Shown: positions 56,705 to 64,000 of the stretch, piece by piece | Layout: the number at the start of each line of letters is the position of its first letter | Position numbering within the stretch: the first letter of the stretch is position 1 | Assembly: GCA_964598225.1 (NCBI GenBank) | Contig: CAZRBG010000013.1 | Coordinates: forward strand, 7,903-71,902 | Length of the DNA: 64,000 nucleotides | Source: an uncultured Pirellulales bacterium | Lineage (GTDB): Bacteria; Planctomycetota; Phycisphaerae; Sedimentisphaerales; Anaerobacaceae | Direction: 5' to 3' | Program-made: the position numbers and the translations under genes | Notes under the pieces: generated by a model | Databases searched by the model: none | What the model saw: the letters and a program-made list of their open reading frames with translations, nothing else | Told to the model about the DNA's origin: nothing

Positions 56705-57382
56705 ATGAGACACCGACGGGCAACCAATGTTTTTCGTGAAATTCGCTACCACCTGTGGGTGGTTCTGGGTGCAGTGGTTCTGACCCTGGCGTTCTTCCTT
56801 GTGCTGCCGCTTATGCAGACTATTAGTAAGCCCCCGACCGAGGATTTGTATCTGTCGGAAGTCGACTTGGCGAACCTGGAGCCTCCACCACCGCCACCGG
56901 CCGAGGAGGAACCGGAACCCGAACCTGAGGCTGAAGAGGAACCGCCCGAACTCATGGAGCAGGCGGCGCCGCTGGACCTCTCCCAGCTTGAATTGGCGCT
57001 TGATCCCAGTTTCAGCGAAGGCTGGATGGGAGGCGGGGACTTTGCCGTCAAGCTCAATACGATCGTATCGAATTCAAAAGATGATGACGTTGATGCGATT
57101 TTTTCGATGGCCGATCTCGATCAGAAGCCGCGGGTCATTCAGCAATCCAGTCCGGTCATGAGTCGACAAGTGCGTCGTAAAGCGCCGGGCAAAGTCAATA
57201 TAATTTTTATCGTCAACGAGCGCGGGCGTGTCGAGCAGCCTCGCGTACGCAGTTCCACAGATCCCGTTTTTGAGAAACCGGCTGTTTCGGCTGTTAAACG
57301 GTGGATATTCGAACCGGGCAAGCGAGGCGGGAAACCCGTGCGTTTCCGAATGCTTGTGCCAATAACCTTCCCCAGGGGGTAA
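56705..57382 (+). CDS. tonB: energy transducer TonB
   Basis: N-terminal TM, Pro/Glu-rich spacer EPPPPPPAEEEPEPEPEAEEEPPE, and a C-terminal TonB domain (..VKRWIFEPGKRGGKPVRFRMLVPITF). Confidence 0.85.
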   Translation: MRHRRATNVFREIRYHLWVVLGAVVLTLAFFLVLPLMQTISKPPTEDLYLSEVDLANLEPPPPPPAEEEPEPEPEAEEEPPELMEQAAPLDLSQLELALDPSFSEGWMGGGDFAVKLNTIVSNSKDDDVDAIFSMADLDQKPRVIQQSSPVMSRQVRRKAPGKVNIIFIVNERGRVEQPRVRSSTDPVFEKPAVSAVKRWIFEPGKRGGKPVRFRMLVPITFPRG

Positions 57383-57386
57383 ACTT

Positions 57387-58814
57387 ATGACAGAACATAG
57401 AATACAGAAAAACGAAGACAGAAAATGTCTCTTGATACTTGGCCTGATTAGCACTTCTATTGTCCTTTGCCTTGGCCTTTTTGTCAGTAGCTCGGCGGCT
57501 GAGGAAAGGCATCTGAGTGACAGAGAACTGGCAATCTGGAATAGTCCGGGATTCCAGAAAAGACTGGCCGAAAGCTATATTGCCGAGACGGAAATCGAAC
57601 CAACCGTTACCGAGTCCGAACGTGATGCCGTCCTGAAGGTGTTCGAACTGATGAAGTCGGACAAAATGGACGAGGCGACGAAGGTGCTGCAGAAGAACAT
57701 CAAGGGCCAAGCCTCCAGTGCGGTGCTGGATTTCACGCTCGCCAATATATATCTCCAGCAGGAGAAGTTCGAGCAGGCCGCCGCCAATTATCAGAAAGCT
57801 GTGGATAAGTATCCGAAGTTCCGTCGCGCCTGGAAGAACCTCGGCCTGATACGCATACGCAGAGCCGAATTTAAGCAAGCCATAGAAGCCCTGACGAGGG
57901 TCCTTGAGCTGGGTGGCAGCGACGCACTTACTTTCGCCCAATTGGGTTATGCCTATCTATCGACCGGCAACAATCTCTGTGCCGAATCAGCTTATCGTAT
58001 GGCCGTGCTGCTCGATCCGGATACTCTCGACTGGAAGGTGGGACTGGCCAGCAGCGTTCTAAAACAGCAGCGTTATGCCGAGGCCGTGTCGCTCTTTGAT
58101 CAGCTCATCTCCGACGATCCCAACAGTGCCGACCTCTGGCTCTACCAGGCCAACGCCTACATCGGCCTGAATCAGCCGATCAAAGCCGCCGTGAATTATG
58201 AGATGATCGACAAGCTCGGCGGATCCACTGCAAAGAGTCTGAACAAACTCGGCGACGTCTACATTAATCAGGAATTGTTCGAGACAGCCGTGGATTCATA
58301 CATCCGTGCGCTCGAAAAGGATCCGCAAGCCGGCACCGAGCACGTCTTGCGCGTGGCAAAGCTGCTCGTGTATCGCGGCGCGCTTGCCGATACCAAGCGG
58401 CTCATAGCGAGCGTCGAAAAGCTCAACGGCGACAATCTCAGCGAGCAAGAACGCAAAAACCTGCTCAAGCTCCGCGCTCAGATTGCCGTGGCAGAAGGTT
58501 CCGGCGAAGAGCAGATCAAGGTGCTCGAAGAGATCGTAAAGATCGATCCGCTGGACGGCCAGGCGCTTATCCTGCTCGGCCGGCACTACGGCCGTGCCGG
58601 TGAGTTCGAGAAGGCCGCCTTCTATTTCGAACGTGCCGAGAATATCGAGAATTTCGAGGCCGAGGCCAAAGTGCGGCACGCTCAGCTACTGGTCAGACAG
58701 GGCAAATACGGCGACGCTTTGCCTCTGCTTCGCCGCGCTCAGGACCTCAAGCCCCGGGAAGAAGTCCGGAAATACCTCGAACAAGTCGAGCGATTTGCCA
58801 AGTCGCGAAGTTAG
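57387..58814 (+). CDS. TPR-repeat protein (TtpD-like terminal gene of the TonB cluster)
   Basis: 475 aa with a signal/anchor and multiple TPR units (..ANIYLQQEKFEQAAANYQKAVDKYPKF..). Confidence 0.8.
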   Translation: MTEHRIQKNEDRKCLLILGLISTSIVLCLGLFVSSSAAEERHLSDRELAIWNSPGFQKRLAESYIAETEIEPTVTESERDAVLKVFELMKSDKMDEATKVLQKNIKGQASSAVLDFTLANIYLQQEKFEQAAANYQKAVDKYPKFRRAWKNLGLIRIRRAEFKQAIEALTRVLELGGSDALTFAQLGYAYLSTGNNLCAESAYRMAVLLDPDTLDWKVGLASSVLKQQRYAEAVSLFDQLISDDPNSADLWLYQANAYIGLNQPIKAAVNYEMIDKLGGSTAKSLNKLGDVYINQELFETAVDSYIRALEKDPQAGTEHVLRVAKLLVYRGALADTKRLIASVEKLNGDNLSEQERKNLLKLRAQIAVAEGSGEEQIKVLEEIVKIDPLDGQALILLGRHYGRAGEFEKAAFYFERAENIENFEAEAKVRHAQLLVRQGKYGDALPLLRRAQDLKPREEVRKYLEQVERFAKSRS

Positions 58815-58820
58815 TGACAA

Positions 58821-58901
58821 GGCAGGCTGAGCTGTTGTTAGTGACGCCGTAAGGTGTTTACTCTTAAATGTCCCTTCAACAGGCTCAGAGCCTGCCCTGA
58901 G
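58821..58901. repeat. REP-like hairpin element between convergent genes
   Basis: GGCAGGCTGAGCTGTTG ... CAACAGGCTCAGAGCCTGCC. The core GCTCAGAGCCTGCCCTGAG (58883-58901) matches 22975-22993 at 18 of 19 nt. Confidence 0.5.
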
Positions 58902-58973
58902 TTAAGCCGAAGGGCGTTATATCGATATGCCCTCACGGGCACACTACGAGAGGGACGCGGTCGTATCTAATTC

Positions 58974-59951
58974 TCAGTTTCTGTTCCTCGCCAGATTCCG
59001 GGCTCGGATGGCTCTGGCTCTTTTTTCCAACGTAGCCGCCGTGTTGTTCCGGTCGGTCTTTCTGTAGATGATCGCCAGATGTTCGAGACTCGCGGCTATC
59101 GCCGGATCATTCTTCGCCAGTGTTTTCTCCCTGATCTCCAGCAGCCGCAGATAGAACTCTTCAGCCCGCCTGTAATCGCCTTTGTTGTGATAGAACGACG
59201 CCATGCTCTCCATACTCTCGGCTACCAAAGGATGATCCGGCCCGAGAGTCCTGGTCCTGATTGCCAGCGCGCGCTTGAAGAGCGGCTCGGCTTCTGTAAA
59301 CCTTCCGCGAAAGCCATACAACTCCGCGAGGTTGTTCAGACTCTCGGCTGCCAAAGGATGTTCGGGGCCGAGGGACTTCTCTCGGATTGCCAGAGCCCGC
59401 TTGTAAAGGGGCTCGGCCTCATCGTAGCGGCCAAGGATGCGATACAACTCCGCCAGATTGTTCAGGCTCAGCGCCAGTGAAAGATGATCGGGGCCGAGAG
59501 CCTTTTCCTTGATCGCCAGCGCCCGCTTGTAGTGCGGCTCGGCTTTCTCGTATTTGCCCTGCGTGCGATAGAGCGCCGCCAGATTGTTCAGACTCGTGGC
59601 CACCGAAGGATGGTCCGGGCCGCGAGCCAGCTCGCCGAGTTTCAGCGAGAACAGATAATTCTTCTCAGCTTCGGCGTACTGGCCCTTGGTCTTGTAGAGC
59701 AAGGCAAGGTTGTTGAGGCTAAGCGGCACGGCAGGATGTTCCAGCCCGCCTTCGTCCTCGGCCAGCTTCAACGCTTTCTTTGCCGTGACTATCGCGTGGT
59801 CGTAGAGCCCTTGCTTGTACTGAGATACGATCCTGGCGTTGAGCTTTTCCCATTCGATTAGCTTCTTGTCGTCGAAGCCTTCGCAGTACCCGACAGCTCC
59901 CCATTCACAAGTCATTAAAAAGAGGAATGATAGTATTATCGACCTTTTCAT
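58974..59951 (-). CDS. TPR protein, kinesin-light-chain-type 42-aa repeats
   Basis: Signal peptide, then 5-6 consecutive units of the form HP..A.SLNNLAELY...G.Y.EAEPLYKRALAIREK.LGPD. Confidence 0.85.
   Translation of the reverse strand: MKRSIILSFLFLMTCEWGAVGYCEGFDDKKLIEWEKLNARIVSQYKQGLYDHAIVTAKKALKLAEDEGGLEHPAVPLSLNNLALLYKTKGQYAEAEKNYLFSLKLGELARGPDHPSVATSLNNLAALYRTQGKYEKAEPHYKRALAIKEKALGPDHLSLALSLNNLAELYRILGRYDEAEPLYKRALAIREKSLGPEHPLAAESLNNLAELYGFRGRFTEAEPLFKRALAIRTRTLGPDHPLVAESMESMASFYHNKGDYRRAEEFYLRLLEIREKTLAKNDPAIAASLEHLAIIYRKTDRNNTAATLEKRARAIRARNLARNRN
59105..59738 (-). repeat. coding tandem repeat, ~126-bp period (inside the TPR gene)
   Basis: Nucleotide-level periodicity, e.g. recurring ..GGGCCGAG(A/G)G..GATTGCCAG(C/A)GC(G/C)CGCTTG..CGGCTCGGC.. 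every 126 nt. Confidence 0.6.
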
Positions 59952-60146
59952 TAAGCCTCCTGATTTGTTGTTAAACGGCTATTTGTGTACACAATACATT
60001 TGACAAATTGGACCATGTAACAAGATATATTATACAATAGACTGGGGGACTTTGCTACTTTTTTCTAGTTCTTGAGCGAGAGCCTTCTCTTATGCTTTTC
60101 GAATAGATCATCTTGATATAAGAAGTACCAAAGATCATAAGATGCC

Positions 60147-60419
60147 ATGCCCCTAGCTGTTACATTGATCATCAAGACGGTCGACATCGAAGCTCTTTTT
60201 ACTTCGCTAACGCAGATTCCAGGGGAGCCACTTTTAAACTATGTAGATGTTTATGAGAAAGTTGTAGCTTCTTCAGTCCGACATATCAGAAGTGTTCGGA
60301 GGCTCTTGAGGCAACGTAAAAGCGAATCTCGTTTTGATCGATTAACTGGCGAACAAATCTTTCTTGGGTTGGAGGCAATACGCAGAGGGAATGAGGATGA
60401 GACTACAAAAGACAAATGA
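60147..60419 (+). CDS. hypothetical protein
   Basis: 90-aa ORF in an AT-richer region upstream of the integrase. No family recognised. Confidence 0.3.
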   Translation: MPLAVTLIIKTVDIEALFTSLTQIPGEPLLNYVDVYEKVVASSVRHIRSVRRLLRQRKSESRFDRLTGEQIFLGLEAIRRGNEDETTKDK

Positions 60420-60503
60420 ATTGTGTGGCATCGACCTGATGTCTGGCTATAATGGTCATCGGATTAACCTGGGCCTAAGCCAGCATCAGAAAGGAGGTAA
60501 ATC

Positions 60504-61922
60504 ATGGCTAAACAGCTGGTGAGGCTATGGGAAAGACCATCTTATGATGGTACGAGATTCAGATATTATCTGCTCTACACGGATGAGCAGGGAAAACGAA
60601 GACAGAAATCATTAGGTCATGCAGATCACCGCAAGGCCGAACGCGAAAGGGCACGATTAGAACGGAAGTTGATGATGGGCGCCGTTGAGCCTGGCTCAAT
60701 GAAGCTCACGAATTTTGTGGAAGATAGCTTGAGACGTACAGGGGATCAAATCCGAGAAAGCACGCACAGAGAATACCAGTCGGCAATGGAAAACTTCATC
60801 CGAATCATCGGCAACATTGATTACCGGCGAGTTTCTCTAAGTGATGCTGAGCGCTATCGTCAAAATTGCCTGGAGAAGGGCAACCATCCGGCGACAGTAA
60901 AGAAAAAGCTCACCGAGATCAAGTGTGTCTTTAGTACAGCAGTTGCACGTGATCAACTTGATGAAAATCCATTAAAACGTATTAAAATGCCGAAATGTCC
61001 TCAGAATGAGATCAACATCTATAGTGACAGTGAATGTCAAAGAATCCTGAAAGCAGCTCAGGACCTTACGAAGAAATCTAATCCGCAAAGACGTTTGAGG
61101 TGGGATCTATTCATTGTTGTCGCTCTTTCAACTGCACTAAGGCGAGGAGAACTTCTGAACTGCACATGGCAAGATATTGATTTCGCCGAGCAGACGATTA
61201 GGGTCTCTCCGAAAGTGAACACGGCCGAGACCTGGGAGTGGCGCATCAAGGACACAGATTATAGAACTCTGCCTTTGACCGATACGCTCACACAACTTCT
61301 GGTCGATCACCAAAGTAGACAGCCCGAGGGACATCCCTATGTCTTTGTGCCGCCTGCCAGGTACAATTACATCCCAAAAGAGCTTCGGGCCAAGGGCAAG
61401 TGGACTTACTCAGATTCTCGATTGAAGGTGGTCAACAATTTCTGTCCAGATTTCCGTAGGATTCTGAGAAGGGCAGGTATCGAAGAAGGTACGTTCCACG
61501 ATCTGAGGAGAACTGCAATCTGCAACTGGTTCAAAGAAGGCATGAGGGAATACGATGTGATGAAGCTTGCAGGCCATGCAGATTTCAAGACGACGCACAA
61601 GTATTACCGGTTCATCCGGTTAATGCGTAGGTAACATGGCGATCCCCAAAGACCGAGAAAAATCGTTCGGGGCCCCAGATGTCCAAATTACCCCCCTGGC
61701 TGCCCTAATTTGGCCATCTGCCCAAACGATTTTTCTCTCGATCTAATCCCAGGGTCCCGATCTATGCAGTGACCTACTCATTAACCGGATGAAGCGTATT
61801 ACCTTCGTGTTCATGATGATCTAGTCGACCGTGCGAGGCAGGCAACTGCTCGCGGATTGTGCAAGAATCTGTTGCAAAACTGTTGCAGCGGCAACCTCAG
61901 CCCGCAATCCGAAAAAGACTAA
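60504..61922 (+). pseudogene. tyrosine-type site-specific integrase interrupted by a MITE
   Basis: Catalytic contexts ALRRGELL, HDLRRTAI and GHADFKTTHKYY. The frame runs into the MITE at 61609 and stops after 8 foreign codons. The native tail (LRVHDDLVDRARQ..SEKD*) resumes after the MITE and ends at 61922. Confidence 0.85.
61609..61795. mobile_element. MITE copy B (187 bp) flanked by the 8-bp direct duplication GTATTACC
   Basis: Same element as 23157-23342 (two substitutions and one 1-nt indel). GTATTACC occurs at 61601-61608 and 61796-61803. Confidence 0.85.
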
Positions 61923-62772
61923 TGAACATAAATGCTTGAATATGTGAGTGTTACAAATGTAGGTTCGAGTCGATTCGGGGCATGCAGTAACGTAGATTTG
62001 ATACGTTGCTGCAATTCACGACTTCTTTTCGGGGAAGAGACTGGGAGTAATAACGCAATTGGCCGCGCACTGTCGTGTCAACCAGTAACCAGAATTCTGC
62101 TTGGACTCTATGGCAAAGAATGGTGACTTTAAGGATTTTTCCACCCTCAATAGTAGCCCAAAAAGGCCGATTCTTGGCAGACGAAACAAATGGTCAATCC
62201 TTGATTCTGGTCTGAAAACGCCGGTTTTTTCGAGACTGTGGCAAGATTCCAGAGTATGCTGTTTGGCGGGCAACCGTTGCTTGCAGCCAATTCGCTGCCG
62301 AAACGTAATTCAATGCCCGGACTCGTTGGAACAGGAATCCGAAAGTTGTTATGAGCCAGGTTGAACGGCGTAGGTGCTTATATTCAAACCCCTTATCCTT
62401 ATTTACTCTGTAAACGTGCAGCAGTCTCGTTTTTTCGACTCGTTTTCAATGAACGGTTCCAATTACAGAGTGACGCCAACACATACGCAGCAAGATTGAT
62501 GCGGTAAAGAAACTTTTTGCGATACGGGTAATTTTGTGCTGGACTTTGAATTCTTCATGGCTGGCCCATGAACACAAATCCAGATCCTTCGAAGTGTGTC
62601 TTGAAAGCTCCTGATACTTGGACGGAGCATGACACGCTTTATCTCATAAGTCTCCGGCCTATTAATGGCATAGCAGAACGGCCGGGGCCTGTACCGCTTG
62701 ACTTGGCACAGCCCCCGAATTCCAAATGTTGTAGCTATCGAATTCCGGGCTAACTTAGTCGTCACGTTAAGA

Positions 62773-64000
62773 CTAGCGAACCAAGCGAATATCATCAAAG
62801 TGAACGGTTCCTGTTCCGCCAGTGGGGACCGGAGCACCCCTCGTGCCAAAACCAAGGGTAATGCTGCCGACATTCGTCAAATCCGCTCCCTGATCGGCAA
62901 ATTCCTGGAGGTCGATCACCCATTCGTTCCAACCGGTGTCCTGAGTTGCGGCATCATCGGGATGATACACTGCGGCGTTGTCCAAAGCTGCGAACATACG
63001 CTCGGCGGCATTTGCCGAATTGCCTCTGAACCAGATCACCAGCTTCGTTACGCCTTGCGCGGTCCAGTCCTTCTTGGATGTTAGCGTCATAGTCGCTTCA
63101 GAGGTCTTGCTGGCGTTGTCATAGCTGAGCGGCATCGCCTGGGCACTCTCGTGACCCTCCGACATGAAGGGTGGATCCAGATTGCCGGCTACTGCGCCGT
63201 TGGTGGTGGTGCCGAAACCGTCTATCCAGGTCAGATAGATTCTGTTGCTGCCGGCTTCGTCTTCGTTAAGGTCATTGTAAGACTCGAAGTCGTCCACAAT
63301 CAGATAGTCCGGCACGGTGAATTTCCAGATCGTCCCGGCAATGATAGTTCCGTCGGCCTCTACCTCATCGATGCGCCAGTAGTAGTCGCCGCCGCCGAAC
63401 TCGACCAGCTCGGTCAAAGACAGACTTGTGCCGGTCTGATTGCCCTGGAATTCAGGCGAACCGGTGTCAGCGCCTGCGACAGCATCTCGATCTGTGCCGA
63501 AGTACACATCGTGGGAAATGGCTGCACTACCCTTCGACCAATTCAACGAACGTATGTGACGGATGTCCACAGTCTCGTGACGAGCCGGCACGGGACTGCC
63601 GGCCAGCATCGTATCGCCCTGGATCAGTGCCGCGATCTTCTCCTCACTCAACGCCTTGTCGTAAATACGCACATCGTCAAGCAAGCCTTCAAAATAGTCC
63701 TCTGCCGCGTTGTTGGAAAAGCCAATGTTGACGCGCTCCTGCCAGTCGAAGTCCGACTGGGCCTTGGTTCCACTGGCCTGAAGCGCGCCATCGACGTACA
63801 GCTTTTGGCCGCCTGCCGGCCCGCCGTAAGTGTGCACTATGTGATGCCAGAGCCCGTCGGCCACGTTCAAACCGGTTCCGATTGTCTCGTCATCGTAAAC
63901 TCGGGCCGTGAGCCTGCCGTCGCTCAGGTAAATATGCCGGTCGTGACCACCGCCGCCCAGGTCGTTTTGCACCACGGTAAGCAGTCCGCAGTTAGCATTA
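62773..64000 (-). CDS. LamG-domain secreted protein, 3' part (5' end beyond the window)
   Basis: The frame stays open to the window edge. It has a LamG-like block, one YYWRIDE module and a C-terminal domain collinear with 23475..26270 (IVDDFESYN..WIDGFGTTTNGAVAGNLD..DDIRLVR*). Confidence 0.85.
   Translation of the reverse strand, partial: NANCGLLTVVQNDLGGGGHDRHIYLSDGRLTARVYDDETIGTGLNVADGLWHHIVHTYGGPAGGQKLYVDGALQASGTKAQSDFDWQERVNIGFSNNAAEDYFEGLLDDVRIYDKALSEEKIAALIQGDTMLAGSPVPARHETVDIRHIRSLNWSKGSAAISHDVYFGTDRDAVAGADTGSPEFQGNQTGTSLSLTELVEFGGGDYYWRIDEVEADGTIIAGTIWKFTVPDYLIVDDFESYNDLNEDEAGSNRIYLTWIDGFGTTTNGAVAGNLDPPFMSEGHESAQAMPLSYDNASKTSEATMTLTSKKDWTAQGVTKLVIWFRGNSANAAERMFAALDNAAVYHPDDAATQDTGWNEWVIDLQEFADQGADLTNVGSITLGFGTRGAPVPTGGTGTVHFDDIRLVR

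Noticed and set aside
59105-59738. Regular 126-bp repeats considered as a possible CRISPR-like or satellite array.
   Set aside because: The period equals one 42-aa TPR unit and the array is inside a continuous ORF. There is no repeat-spacer organisation anywhere in the window.
61962-61985. GGTTCGAGTCGATTCGGGG resembles a tRNA T-arm/3' end, a possible att site remnant next to the integrase.
   Set aside because: The flanks cannot form a 5-bp T-stem around TTCGAGT. There is no acceptor stem or CCA context and no matching direct repeat elsewhere in the window.

Overview
The window reads as a chromosomal segment of a PVC-superphylum bacterium. My inference is Planctomycetota, Phycisphaerae-like, based on the H-X9-DG/DUF1559-type pseudopilin genes, giant LamG-type secreted proteins and a TAT-signal Gfo/Idh/MocA remnant. 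1-21 kb is mostly housekeeping: xylB-xylA, an LbH acetyltransferase, queA, a co-directional gltX-pfkB-thpR-recA-alaS string, two tandem paralogous membrane proteins, hisD, a LOG-family gene and an aconitase-family gene. 21-46 kb is accessory. It holds three pseudopilin-like genes, two of them each followed by a ~930-aa secreted lectin-like protein. It also holds two tandem ~1057-aa secreted proteins that combine a SAM-methyltransferase-like fold with beta-propeller repeats and a conserved His/Cys motif. Next comes a decay zone: internally deleted Gfo/Idh/MocA, CotH-like and FetB-like genes, and a truncated group II intron with nonsense codons in its RT. The same region has an intact GH29 fucosidase, a FetA-like ATPase and an orphan OmpR-type regulator. 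46-59 kb is a self-contained TonB-dependent uptake locus (beta-helix protein, lipoprotein, Oar-like receptor, DUF3450 / TtpC-like / ExbB / ExbD / TonB / TPR). Its large MotA/ExbB-family subunit carries a C-terminal MgtE-like CBS pair. 59-64 kb holds a kinesin-light-chain-type TPR gene and an AT-richer islet with a tyrosine integrase split by a 187-bp palindromic MITE. A second MITE copy lies at 23.2 kb and an end fragment at 39.0 kb. The window ends in the 3' part of another LamG gene. I saw no rRNA, tRNA or CRISPR array. All family assignments come from motif recognition by eye, not from database searches. No single feature is an unambiguous novel system. The best candidates are the tandem MTase-like/beta-propeller proteins, the CBS-fused TonB motor subunit and the pseudopilin-plus-lectin modules.
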